Notes under the pieces: generated by a model
What the model saw: the letters and a program-made list of their open reading frames with translations, nothing else
What the model was told of the DNA's origin: nothing
The model's database searches: none
DNA from: an uncultured Actinomycetes bacterium
GTDB taxonomy: Bacteria > Actinomycetota > Actinomycetes > S36-B12 > UBA10799
Length of the DNA: 64,000 bases
Assembly: GCA_946803585.1 (NCBI GenBank)
Contig: CAMPEQ010000005.1
Span: 10,517-74,516 of the forward strand
Reading direction: 5' to 3'
Shown here: positions 18,894-28,334 of the stretch, in pieces
Layout: each line of letters starts with the position of its first letter
How positions within the stretch are numbered: position 1 is the first letter of the stretch
Program-made: the position numbers and the translations under genes

Positions 18894-19478
18894 CTACGGT
18901 TTGCACTGGCCCGATTCCAGCAACTGAGATGCCGGAATCGGTTCAAACCGTAGTACCGCGTGATCGGAAAGATCCATCGTGGCACCGAAGATTCCGGTCA
19001 CGAACGAATGTTGGGCACGCACCAGCACGCCGATACTCGTCATCGCTTCGTCCCCTGGGCACGCATTGACGTCCTCATGACTCCACGCCCCGCTGGTTTG
19101 GACCAGTGATGATCCCGAAGGGGTAAAGACGATGCACCTCGTTGTGCACGAGGTGAAGGTCTCGGTTGTCGAGGTGATCGAGGCCCCGTTAGTCGGATAG
19201 CCCGACTCGTTGGACTCAAAGACCCACACTTCCGTGACGTCACTCAAGGGCATCGTCGTGCCCGCACGTGCGACAGCTGCGGCGCCATCAATCGCGAAGG
19301 TCGACAGCCGCGGCTCGGCCGAGGCGACGCGAGCACCAGATCGAGCAGCGGAGGTTAAGGCGACGTGGTCGCGCAACACCATCGCAAACTCGATAACCCC
19401 GAACAGAATCAAGATGAGCAGCGGAAAGACGATCGCGGCCTCCACGGCAACAGAGCCGCGATCGCAGCGACGTCTCAT
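18894..19478 (-). CDS. TadE-like pseudopilin / Flp pilus assembly protein
   Basis: The N-terminus MRRRCDRGSVAVEAAIVFPLLILILFGVIEFAMVLRD is the TadE-like hydrophobic segment. Divergent from flp. The longest ORF extends to TTG 19517. Confidence 0.7.
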   Translation of the reverse strand: MRRRCDRGSVAVEAAIVFPLLILILFGVIEFAMVLRDHVALTSAARSGARVASAEPRLSTFAIDGAAAVARAGTTMPLSDVTEVWVFESNESGYPTNGASITSTTETFTSCTTRCIVFTPSGSSLVQTSGAWSHEDVNACPGDEAMTSIGVLVRAQHSFVTGIFGATMDLSDHAVLRFEPIPASQLLESGQCKP

Positions 19479-19696
19479 CAGCTTCTGCCCGAACACAGTT
19501 GATCCATCGACACTCAATTAGGCAGGGTTTAGCCCAATTCTTTGAACACAGGAATGAAAATTACTTTGTCACCCGATTGGGCGACCCGAGTACAGATTTA
19601 GCAATCAACCATCCGAAGTATGGAACGTAACCGCCGGACACTCCCAGCGAGTAGCTCGGTGACACAACAGAATTACTCGCCGATCGGAGAAGGAAA

Positions 19697-19879
19697 ATGC
19701 TAACTCGAATTCGCACCATCCTGTACACGGGCAAGAAGGACACCGGAGCGAGCGCCGTCGAATACGGTCTCCTCGTCGCTGGTATCGCTCTCGTTGTGAT
19801 CGCCGCGGTCTTCTTCCTCGGTGGCGCCGTCTCAGACAGCTTCAATGAAGTCGGAAGCGCCGTCAGCAGCGCTGGCTAA
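19697..19879 (+). CDS. flp: Flp family type IVb pilin
   Basis: 60 aa with the leader ...KKDTG followed by ASAVEYGLLVAGIALVVIAAVFFLGG (Flp motif with conserved EY). GGAGAAGGA SD upstream of the ATG. Confidence 0.85.
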   Translation: MLTRIRTILYTGKKDTGASAVEYGLLVAGIALVVIAAVFFLGGAVSDSFNEVGSAVSSAG

Positions 19880-19899
19880 GCGCCGACAGGACGTTTGGT

Positions 19900-19930
19900 G
19901 GGCGGCTCCCGCACTGATCGGGAGCCGCCC
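19900..19930 (+). terminator. Perfect 12-bp GC-rich stem-loop just after flp (attenuator / transcript-stabilising hairpin)
   Basis: gggcggctcccg, loop cactgat, then cgggagccgccc. It starts 21 nt after the flp stop and has no U tract. Confidence 0.5.
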
Positions 19931-20015
19931 CTTCAAACGACATAACGGGGAACAATCGCTGCCCTGGGGCAACCAATGTGCACCGCAGCAACCACCGCTC
20001 GGATAGGACACCACC

Positions 20016-20657
20016 ATGGCCCGCAAGCTGCTCTTGATCTTCGCGTCACTGACGTTAGTGATCGCGGGCGGCGCCCTGTACCTCGCACTCTCAAAGTCCC
20101 CCGCAACCGCCTCCGGAGCAACTCGCTCCGTCCTGGTGATCACCGGTGACCTTCCACCCGGGACTCCAGGTGCGAACCTGACGGAGGCTCAGGTTCAGCC
20201 AGTCGATGTCTCCGCAAACCTTGTCCCCGCCGACGCGGTAACGAATGTTGGCCAAATCGCGACCCTAAAGTCGATCGGCCCCCTGTTCCGCGGCCAAATT
20301 CTGATGGGCCGAATGTTTGCTCCCACTTCTGCAACGGGCGGCCTGCCCATTCCCCAAGGAACGAATGCGATCACGCTTCAGATCACCGATTCCGGTCGAG
20401 TAGCTGGCTTTGTCCAACCAGGTTCAAACGTTGTCATCTACGAGCGGGCTCAGGGAACTGGGAACCCCGGCGTCGTCGTTCTTCAATCAGCCCAAGTCAT
20501 CGCAATTGGACCGACCACCTCAGGCGGGCAGCCAACTGGCGGTGCAGTTCCCAACGCGAATGCAGCAGTCACCCTTGTGACCTTCGCTCTAAGCCCCAAA
20601 GACTCAGTCAAGGTGGTGGGCCGCGAAGACCTCTACCTCGGGCTACTCCCGTCATAA
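20016..20657 (+). CDS. cpaB: Flp pilus assembly protein CpaB/RcpC
   Basis: 213 aa with an N-terminal TM followed by a SAF/RcpC-like pattern. Its position after flp fits. Confidence 0.8.
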   Translation: MARKLLLIFASLTLVIAGGALYLALSKSPATASGATRSVLVITGDLPPGTPGANLTEAQVQPVDVSANLVPADAVTNVGQIATLKSIGPLFRGQILMGRMFAPTSATGGLPIPQGTNAITLQITDSGRVAGFVQPGSNVVIYERAQGTGNPGVVVLQSAQVIAIGPTTSGGQPTGGAVPNANAAVTLVTFALSPKDSVKVVGREDLYLGLLPS

Positions 20658-20687
20658 CAACAACTGTGGATCTGGAAAGGAGGAGTT

Positions 20688-21893
20688 ATGGCCGTCATTC
20701 TTGAGTTCGACGAATCTATTGCCCATGCCGTTGGCAGCGCTCTGGGCGGCTCCTCCACCGTGTTAACCGATGCGTCGCAGCTCCCTCCACACGTGGCAGC
20801 CACTGGAGACCCACTCGTAGTGATTGGGCCGAGTGTTGATGCCGCTGTCGCCGCGCGGGTAACCGCCGCCACGATCGAAGCCCAACCGATTGCCGGGATT
20901 ATCTGGCTACGACGTCGAGTTGATACCTCGACGGTGCTGGAGGCGATTCGGGCTGGAGCTAGCGACGTCGTTGGTGAGAGCGACCTGCCCGCCCTGGTGG
21001 CTGCGGCAGATCGAGTTCTCGGACGGGCCAACACTGTGGCCACAGCAACAGGCGATCCCGCTGCCGTTGGCGCTACTCCTCGCGGGACTGTAACCGCGGT
21101 GTTCGCGTCCAAGGGCGGGTGCGGAAAAACCAGTATCGCCACTAACCTCGCGTGCCTACTCAGCAGTGAAGGGCAAAAGCGAGTCGCGATTCTGGACCTC
21201 GACCTCGAGTCCGGCGACGTCCAACTCCTGATGTCGCTACCACGTGGCCGCTCGATTCTTGATGTTGCCGCCCTGGGAAGTGGCGTGGATACCGGCTCAC
21301 TGGCCGCGTGTATGTCCGCGCACTCGTCAGGAACATACGTGCTACCCGCGCCACGACGGCCCGAAGAAGCTGCCGGGATCTCACCGCAGCTCGTGAGTCG
21401 CGCTGTGGAGCTAGCAGCGAGCATGTTCGACCATGTGATCATCGACTGCCCGCCCTATGCCACCGAACATGTGCTGTCGGTTCTCGATATCGCTGACCAC
21501 CTCGCCCTGGTGTGTACACCCGATGCCGCCAGCGTCAAGAACACCGCTATTGCACTGGAGATGTTCGACGAACTGAACTTCAAAGGACACATCTCTTTGA
21601 TGATTAACCATGCCGGTGACAAGGTCGGAATCACCACCTCCGACATCTCCGAGGCGCTCAACTACCCCGTCACCTGTGAGATCCCTACATCCCTAGATCT
21701 ACCGCTGGCCACGAACAGCGGGCGAATCCTCACCCTCACTCACCCACGGCATCCGATCACAACGGCGCTCCGAGACTGGTCCACATTGATCAATCCACCA
21801 CTAGCCGAGGCGGTGACCGCACAAGCCCAGAAGAAGACCGTCCCGGCCCAGCGCAAACACCGGTTCTTCAGTAAACGGGTGGCAACGTCATGA
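20688..21893 (+). CDS. TadZ/CpaE ParA-MinD-type ATPase with an atypical receiver-like N-domain
   Basis: Deviant Walker A ASKGGCGKTSIATNLA after a ~130-aa receiver-like N-terminal domain. Confidence 0.85.
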   Translation: MAVILEFDESIAHAVGSALGGSSTVLTDASQLPPHVAATGDPLVVIGPSVDAAVAARVTAATIEAQPIAGIIWLRRRVDTSTVLEAIRAGASDVVGESDLPALVAAADRVLGRANTVATATGDPAAVGATPRGTVTAVFASKGGCGKTSIATNLACLLSSEGQKRVAILDLDLESGDVQLLMSLPRGRSILDVAALGSGVDTGSLAACMSAHSSGTYVLPAPRRPEEAAGISPQLVSRAVELAASMFDHVIIDCPPYATEHVLSVLDIADHLALVCTPDAASVKNTAIALEMFDELNFKGHISLMINHAGDKVGITTSDISEALNYPVTCEIPTSLDLPLATNSGRILTLTHPRHPITTALRDWSTLINPPLAEAVTAQAQKKTVPAQRKHRFFSKRVATS

Positions 21894-23284
21894 ATCTGGC
21901 TGACCGACTCAAGGAGTCACGAGCCGGACGTACTGCCGCGCCACTCGTACCAGATGCCCGAGCAGGCGGAGACGACGTTTCCGCCCCACCCACGCAGGCC
22001 GATGGCTACGCTGAGGTTCGCAAACAGGCCCGGGCCGCAGTCGTCAAGAACCTCGGAACGCGCATCTCCGATGCCAGCGTCAGCGATGACGATCTGCGGT
22101 CATTGGTCACCGCCGAACTCCAAGAAGCTCTCACTAAGATTGATATACCGCTATCAAACGAGGCACGAGCACGCCTGACCAGCGAGATCGCCCAAGAGGT
22201 CGTTGGCCTCGGTCCGATCGAGCCACTCCTTCGCGACCCCACCGTGACCGAGATTATGACCAGCGGCCCCTACAACGTGTGGGTTGAGCGCAACGGTAAA
22301 ACAGAACGTACCGATGTGAAGTTCGACGACGAGGCCCATATCCGGCGCATCCTGGACCGAATCGTCTCGCGCATCGGTCGACGTATCGACGAGTCCAGCC
22401 CCAAGGTTGATGCGCGCCTACCTGACGGTTCTCGTGTCCACGCGATCATTGCACCGCTAGCCGTTGACGGCACCGCGCTCACGATCCGGAAGTTCTCCGA
22501 AGACAAGTTCACCAGCGATGATCTCGTCTCTTTTGGGACGCTCTCCCCTGCCGCTGCCGAGTTCTTGCAGTGTGCAGTCAGCGCGCGTTTGAGCATCCTG
22601 GTCGCGGGCGGAACCGGTTCAGGAAAGACCACCACGCTCAACATGCTCAGCCAGTTCTTTCCTAGCCAAGAGCGAATAGTGACGATCGAAGACCTAGCCG
22701 AACTCAAACTCGACCACGATCACTGGATTCGATTGGAAGGTCGCCCGCCCAATATTGAGGGCAAGGGCGAAGTCACCCTCAGTGCCCTAGTCAAGGAATC
22801 GCTGCGTATGCGCCCAGATCGGGTGGTTGTCGGTGAGATCCGCGATGGTCACGCAGCCATGGACATGTTGCAGGCAATGAACACCGGCCACGAAGGATCC
22901 ATGGGCACGGTGCACGCGAATAGCCCCCGTGACTGCTTTACCAGAATCGATGGGATGGTCGCGATCGCCGGTATGAAGATCGATCAAACTGCGCTCTATG
23001 CCCAGATTGCCTCAGCGATCGACCTCATCGTCTACCAAACGAGGATGCGCGACGGTACGCGCGCGGTAACCCACGTAGCCGAGGTCACCGGTATGGAAGG
23101 TCCGATTATCAGTATGCAGGATGTCTTCGTTCGACCGACCAATGCCGACAGCGCAAAAGTCCCGCTACAACCGGCGGGGATGATTCCCAACTGCTTCCAA
23201 CGAATAGTCGACAACGGCGTCGCGTTGGAGCGGGGTATGTTCCTCAGCGCCCCCGACTACGACACCCCTGCAAGGTGGAGGTGA
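21890..23284 (+). CDS. TadA/CpaF secretion ATPase
   Basis: Walker A GGTGSGKTTTLN with the VirB11/CpaF family pattern. 4-nt overlap with the upstream gene. Confidence 0.95.
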   Translation: MNLADRLKESRAGRTAAPLVPDARAGGDDVSAPPTQADGYAEVRKQARAAVVKNLGTRISDASVSDDDLRSLVTAELQEALTKIDIPLSNEARARLTSEIAQEVVGLGPIEPLLRDPTVTEIMTSGPYNVWVERNGKTERTDVKFDDEAHIRRILDRIVSRIGRRIDESSPKVDARLPDGSRVHAIIAPLAVDGTALTIRKFSEDKFTSDDLVSFGTLSPAAAEFLQCAVSARLSILVAGGTGSGKTTTLNMLSQFFPSQERIVTIEDLAELKLDHDHWIRLEGRPPNIEGKGEVTLSALVKESLRMRPDRVVVGEIRDGHAAMDMLQAMNTGHEGSMGTVHANSPRDCFTRIDGMVAIAGMKIDQTALYAQIASAIDLIVYQTRMRDGTRAVTHVAEVTGMEGPIISMQDVFVRPTNADSAKVPLQPAGMIPNCFQRIVDNGVALERGMFLSAPDYDTPARWR

Positions 23285-23290
23285 GTCGCC

Positions 23291-24271
23291 ATGTTGGATC
23301 TCCTCTTACCGCTGAGCATTATTGGAATCGTCCTGGCCGGGATCGTCATCGTTGCCGTCCTGGTGATTCCGAATCGCAACACCGAACGTTCTAAGGCGCT
23401 GTCGGGAATCATCGCCGACTACCAACGCGAGCAGCCCGACGTCGTCGATATCGACAACTCCGCCTTAACGGCCCTTCGTGTCCGCAGCACCGAGCGCACC
23501 GCGAAGCTCATTGCGGGCAAATCGTGGACGCAGCGACTAGCGACTGGTCTCAATAGTGCCGGGATGTCTCTGCGTCCCGAAGAGTTCATCCTTGTGACTG
23601 CTGGTGCTGGTGGGTTCGGTGGTCTCATTCTCTACGTGCTGTCCCGTGGGTCTATCCCAGCCGGCGTCTTTGGCCTAGTCATCGGGCTCGCAATCCCGCC
23701 GATGGTGCTTCGGTTTCGCGCGAGTAAACGCCAAGCACGTTTCGTTGCGGAGATGCCTGAAATGCTCACGGCCCTGGCCAGTGGAATGTCGGCAGGGGCA
23801 TCTCTACCGCAAGCGATCGAGGGTGTGGCCGCTGACACCACCGGCCCGATGGCCGACGAGCTCAATCGAACGATCATGGAGACTCGACTCGGGACCTCGG
23901 TTCCTGACGCACTCGAACAATCTGCTCAACGGATGAACTGCCGCGATCTACACCTCGTGGTGATGGCGATGCGACTGCAGAGCATGCACGGTGGAAACCT
24001 CACAGAACTACTCAACACCGTTGCCGCCACCTTGCGAGAACGGGTTCAGATGCAACGGCACGTCAAAGCGCTCTCCGCTGAGGGCCGCCTGTCGTTGATG
24101 GTGCTGATGTCGCTTCCCGTTGTCATGCTTGCCTTCATGGCTGTCGTTCGCCCTGAGTACTTCAACTTCTTCATCACCACTCCCAAAGGAATTGTCATGC
24201 TGATTGGTGGGTCGATCGCCATGCTGCTCGGCTTCCTCTGGGCTCGCACGATCGTCGCGGTGGAGGTCTAG
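23291..24271 (+). CDS. TadB (T2SS-F domain) inner membrane platform protein
   Basis: 326 aa with an N-terminal TM, a cytoplasmic T2SSF-like domain and C-terminal TMs. Confidence 0.85.
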   Translation: MLDLLLPLSIIGIVLAGIVIVAVLVIPNRNTERSKALSGIIADYQREQPDVVDIDNSALTALRVRSTERTAKLIAGKSWTQRLATGLNSAGMSLRPEEFILVTAGAGGFGGLILYVLSRGSIPAGVFGLVIGLAIPPMVLRFRASKRQARFVAEMPEMLTALASGMSAGASLPQAIEGVAADTTGPMADELNRTIMETRLGTSVPDALEQSAQRMNCRDLHLVVMAMRLQSMHGGNLTELLNTVAATLRERVQMQRHVKALSAEGRLSLMVLMSLPVVMLAFMAVVRPEYFNFFITTPKGIVMLIGGSIAMLLGFLWARTIVAVEV

Positions 24272-24273
24272 CC

Positions 24274-25203
24274 ATGTCTTCCACCGGCCTACTCGCGATC
24301 ACCGGGATCTGCCTGGTAGTCGGGATCGTGATCGCCGTCATCGCGTGGCGAATGAAAGACGACAGCGAAGGACGCGAACTCCTCAAACAGATCACCCACG
24401 ACGTCGGTCGAAAGGGTGTGATCGATGAGCGTTCGCCGTTCCGCCAGCGGGTACTTGACCCGATTCTTCACAAGCTCACTCGCCTCGGATGGAAGCTCAC
24501 TCCCGCCGAACGGTTACGAGCACTTGAAGAACGGGTGGAAGCCGCAGGGTATCCAGCGGGCTGGGACCTCAACCGTTTGATCCTCATCAAGGTCCTGAGC
24601 ATGTTTGTGGGTGCGGCGTTCGGACTCCTGGTTGCGTTCACCTTCAACCTGGGCTTCGGGATCGTGCTCATGATTGTCCTAGCAGTCGGAGCCTTCTTCG
24701 TCCCGGACTTCGTGTTGAGTAAGGTCGCGGAACGTCGCACGGATGAGATGCGACGGACCTTGGCTGACACCGTCGACATGTTGAATCTGACGCTCGCCGC
24801 TGGAATCAGTTTCGATTCCGCACTCAAACTGGTGGCGCAGAATACAAACGGGCCACTGTCAGATGAGTTCGGCCGAGTGGTGCAGGAGATCACTATTGGG
24901 AAGTCGCGATCCGAGGCAATGATTGCCCTGGCAGACCGAACAAAGGACGACGATCTACGGCGGTTCGCGACCACATGTGTGCAAGCTGAACGGCGGGGTA
25001 CTCCATTCGGTGAGATCCTGCGAATCCAATCACGAGAACTACGGATCAAACGCCGCCAGATCGCCGAGGAGAAGGCCCAGAAGGTACCCGTAAAGATCCT
25101 ATTCCCCATGATGATCTTTGTCCTACCCGTTCTCATGCTCGTCGTCATGGGACCAGCCGTCATCCAAATTATGGAGGGCGGACTCGGAGGCGGGGGTGGA
25201 TAG
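24274..25203 (+). CDS. TadC (T2SS-F domain) inner membrane platform protein
   Basis: 309 aa, a paralogous T2SSF pattern directly after tadB. Confidence 0.85.
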   Translation: MSSTGLLAITGICLVVGIVIAVIAWRMKDDSEGRELLKQITHDVGRKGVIDERSPFRQRVLDPILHKLTRLGWKLTPAERLRALEERVEAAGYPAGWDLNRLILIKVLSMFVGAAFGLLVAFTFNLGFGIVLMIVLAVGAFFVPDFVLSKVAERRTDEMRRTLADTVDMLNLTLAAGISFDSALKLVAQNTNGPLSDEFGRVVQEITIGKSRSEAMIALADRTKDDDLRRFATTCVQAERRGTPFGEILRIQSRELRIKRRQIAEEKAQKVPVKILFPMMIFVLPVLMLVVMGPAVIQIMEGGLGGGGG

Positions 25204-25205
25204 GA

Positions 25206-28199
25206 ATGCGGACCGCTCACCCGATCATCAGTAGGCTGCTGCGCACCCCTGGATCTGCAGTGGTTGCGCTGACCTACGTCGTGACCCGATCGATTCTCGT
25301 GCTGATTCCGTTCGGGTTCTTCCCCTACCCACGCGGAACACTGGTCGGGGCCGATATTCGGCAGTACTGGGTGTGGGCAGACGTCATCGGCAGTGGACAC
25401 TTTCCGGTGAACGATCCCATGTGGCAATACCCGCCACTAGCGGGCTTCGTATTCTGGATCGGGCAGCAGATCTCAGTGCGGCCACTAGTCGGCTTCGTCG
25501 GACTCGCATTACTTCTTGACGCGATCATCTTCATGGTCCTACTCCGCCGCGGTCTGACAATCCGGGACCGACTACGTACCGCCGACAACTCGAACCCAAA
25601 CACAGGCTTTGCCGGCGCCTGGTTCTACGTCCTAGCAGGCGCTGCGATCGGCCCAGTACTACTCACTCGTTTCGATATCTTTCCGACTTTCTTTGCCGTG
25701 CTCGCCCTCCTCGCGATCGCCAAGCCAGTGCGCAGTGGAGTCCTCTTGGGAATCGGAGCCTTGCTCAAGCTCTGGCCCGGGTTTCTCATCTTGGCGCTTC
25801 CCCGTCGCGGTCTAGCCAAAGGACTATCAGCGATGCTGATAGTCGGCGTTGTGGGCATCTCAGTGGCCATGCTGTACGGCCCCTACTCCATGTCCTTTAT
25901 GTCAGGCCAAGGCGAACGGGGACTGCAGGTCGAGTCAGTTGGAGCGATCGGCTACGTCATTGCCCTGATGGCGGGATTCGATATCGAGACCGTGTTCCGG
26001 TTCGGCTCAATCGAGGTTGATGCCGCCGGCGCCGGACTCGTTGCCACCGCGATCACCTTCGTCGGGTTCGCGATCATTGCAACCGTGGGTTGGCTACGGC
26101 TCACCGGACGCCTAGAGCGAGTGGCTCCGGCTGATGTCGCGCTCGCATTGGTCCTAGTCCTGATCGCGACTAGTCGGGTTTTCTCGCCTCAGTTCATGGT
26201 GTGGGCCGCGGGTATTGCCGCCGTTTGCCTTCTTAATCGACGCACTCTGATGCGACCAATCGCGGGGCTCATCCTCCTGGTCTGCGTGCTTGGGCAGGTG
26301 GTGTACCCGTTGGGCTACAAGTCCCTACTCACCGGCGGGGTGACGATGGGACTCGTCCAAACACTCCGGGTCAGCGCCTTGGTATTGGCTACCGGATGGG
26401 CACTGTGGCGGATCTACCAAGTCTCGCGTCGAGAGCCTCCAATCGTGACTCAACCCAACCCAATCACCGAGCGGTTGCGAATGGTTCAGCTCAGTAAGGA
26501 TCGAGGCGCAGTCCTGGTAACGGCATCAATCGTCATGGTGCCGCTGGTTCTAGGATCAGCTGCGATCGGTGTCGATGCCTCCAACTGGTACTACATGGGC
26601 CACCGCCTTCAGGTCGCTGCTGACGCTGCTGCCCTCGCCGGAGCCGTCTATATGCCTGGCGACTTCTCAGAGGCGACTGCTTCTGCCCGCGATATGTCGG
26701 CGAAGAACGGGTTCACCCATGATCCTAGTAACTCCAATGTGAACAAGCGGGTCACCGTAACGCCGGCCTCCTCAGCTAAGGCCTCGGAACTGCGCGTAAC
26801 AATCACCGCCACCAAATCGAACTGGTTCGGTTGGGCGATCGGCGGCCTCGACCAAACGATGACGCGCACTGCCGTAGCCGAGTACCGCGGTCCGGTGCTG
26901 ATGGGTAGCCCCTGCAATCTGTTTGGCGATGAGCCCCCTGGCGGGACCGCCGAGTGGGAGAGCGCGTCGACCGATGAAGGCTGTAACCGGACTCCGGAAT
27001 TCTGGGCGAATGTGGCGGGACCCGGATCAGCCAAGAGTTACGGCGACAGGTACGCAACAAGACGCTGCGATAACAGCAACTCTGGCTGTACCAGCAGGGA
27101 CAACGACGACTACAGCCCAACCGGGCACTTCTACAAGATCAGTGTCAAGGACGCCGTGACATCGTTCGACGTCGAGATCTTCGATCCACTCCTGGTGGAT
27201 GTAGGTGACTATTGCGAAACCAACAACCTCAGTAGTAGCTGGTCGTGGGACCAACCAAATCCGTATTCAACGGTCTCTGGTGACGCTGCTGAACGCTACG
27301 TTGGAGGTGCCGACTCCGCTTACTGCACCGGAGACAAAATGTTCTCCGGCTCAGCAAGTACATCGGTGACTACGTTCGCAGTACGAGAACCAATCCAAAG
27401 TGGAAACCCCTTGAACGCACCCGTCAAGAAAACGTGTACCAAGCAGTTCCGCGGATACAGCAGTAGCGGAATCAAGGACAAACTCCGGACGAGTAAGAGC
27501 GCCTACGACTCAGACCTAGCCGCAAGCTTCCGACAATGGTCATCACTTTGCACCATCAATAACCCCACCATCGGTGATTACTACTTACAGGTGCGCACGA
27601 ACCTGCCCTCGGGGACATCAGACTCCACCGCTTTGTCTTCGGCAACGGAATTCCCGACGGTGAACTGGAGTGGACATAACCGCTACTCGATGCGGGCAAA
27701 GGTGGTCGGCGACGCGAGCAATGTCACCGTCGCCGGGTACGGCTCGATGGTTATCTACACCAATAGCCCTGCGGCCGACACCAACTTCTACCTCGCTCGA
27801 GTCAATCCTGCCTCAGCTGGGATGAGCTTGGACGTGAATCTCTTCGATGCTGGGGACGCGTCTCAGGCTGGCGTCATCACCATTGAACCGCCACCGGATG
27901 CCACGAGCGGGGGGGCACCGCTCACTCTCTCGACCTGCCAGGCGATCGGTGACGTACGTGGCTCGGAGAGTAGCCCGTCCACTATTAGCAACTGCGCTAT
28001 GACCAACGTGTCCTCGAGCTCGGGTTTCAACGGGCAGTCCCAGGTGATTCGGGTATCGATCCCAGTTGACTACGACTGCGACGAAGGCGATCCCTACGGC
28101 TGTTGGTTCAAGATTGACTTCGACTATCCGGCAGCGGCGAACGACACCACGTCGTGGGCTACGGATCTCGTAGGCCAACCCGTCCGCCTCGTTGAATAG
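25206..28199 (+). CDS. Fusion protein: N-terminal polytopic GT-C (GT87/DUF2029-like) glycosyltransferase domain plus C-terminal TadG-like pilus-associated domain
   Basis: A single uninterrupted 997-codon frame. Residues 1-~415 have ~12-13 TM helices, and the first loop reads GADIRQYWVWADVIGSGHFPVNDPMWQYPPLAGFVFW (the D..Y...G..PY....YPP pattern of DUF2029/GT87). From the internal ATG at 26481 the sequence reads MVQLSKDRGAVLVTASIVMVPLVLGSAAIGVDASNWYYMGHRLQVAADAAALAGA (a TadE/G-like N-terminus). A ~540-aa Cys-rich extracellular region typical of actinobacterial TadG-related proteins follows. Confidence 0.75.
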   Translation: MRTAHPIISRLLRTPGSAVVALTYVVTRSILVLIPFGFFPYPRGTLVGADIRQYWVWADVIGSGHFPVNDPMWQYPPLAGFVFWIGQQISVRPLVGFVGLALLLDAIIFMVLLRRGLTIRDRLRTADNSNPNTGFAGAWFYVLAGAAIGPVLLTRFDIFPTFFAVLALLAIAKPVRSGVLLGIGALLKLWPGFLILALPRRGLAKGLSAMLIVGVVGISVAMLYGPYSMSFMSGQGERGLQVESVGAIGYVIALMAGFDIETVFRFGSIEVDAAGAGLVATAITFVGFAIIATVGWLRLTGRLERVAPADVALALVLVLIATSRVFSPQFMVWAAGIAAVCLLNRRTLMRPIAGLILLVCVLGQVVYPLGYKSLLTGGVTMGLVQTLRVSALVLATGWALWRIYQVSRREPPIVTQPNPITERLRMVQLSKDRGAVLVTASIVMVPLVLGSAAIGVDASNWYYMGHRLQVAADAAALAGAVYMPGDFSEATASARDMSAKNGFTHDPSNSNVNKRVTVTPASSAKASELRVTITATKSNWFGWAIGGLDQTMTRTAVAEYRGPVLMGSPCNLFGDEPPGGTAEWESASTDEGCNRTPEFWANVAGPGSAKSYGDRYATRRCDNSNSGCTSRDNDDYSPTGHFYKISVKDAVTSFDVEIFDPLLVDVGDYCETNNLSSSWSWDQPNPYSTVSGDAAERYVGGADSAYCTGDKMFSGSASTSVTTFAVREPIQSGNPLNAPVKKTCTKQFRGYSSSGIKDKLRTSKSAYDSDLAASFRQWSSLCTINNPTIGDYYLQVRTNLPSGTSDSTALSSATEFPTVNWSGHNRYSMRAKVVGDASNVTVAGYGSMVIYTNSPAADTNFYLARVNPASAGMSLDVNLFDAGDASQAGVITIEPPPDATSGGAPLTLSTCQAIGDVRGSESSPSTISNCAMTNVSSSSGFNGQSQVIRVSIPVDYDCDEGDPYGCWFKIDFDYPAAANDTTSWATDLVGQPVRLVE

Positions 28200-28334
28200 C
28201 GCCGAGAAAGATGGCTCGGAGCTAGCTCGTTGGGCCGAAGGTCCCGCCAACTCCTGCCGTTGAGCTACTAACAGTCGCGGCGATATGCGTCATCCTCGGT
28301 AGTAGGAAAACCGACGCTTCACAGGGAGTAGCTG

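Noticed and set aside
19561-19845. 94-aa minus-strand ORF spanning the tadE-flp intergenic region and the flp start
   Set aside because: It overlaps flp in antisense and covers the lower-GC promoter region. The translation has no pilus-related or other motif, so it is more likely non-coding promoter DNA.
20633-21442. 269-aa minus-strand ORF antisense to tadZ; similarly 24468..25427 (319 aa) antisense to tadC, and 12017..12691 antisense to the P450
   Set aside because: All are antisense to genes with clear family motifs, and their translations are R/S/A/P-rich without recognisable domains. They are GC-driven shadow ORFs.
25206-28199. Interpreting the 997-codon ORF as two adjacent genes (a GT-C protein, then TadG starting at ATG 26481)
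   Set aside because: There is no stop codon in frame anywhere between the two halves, and no convincing SD precedes ATG 26481. The sequence as given therefore encodes one polypeptide. An assembly error or additional internal initiation cannot be excluded and is listed as a check.
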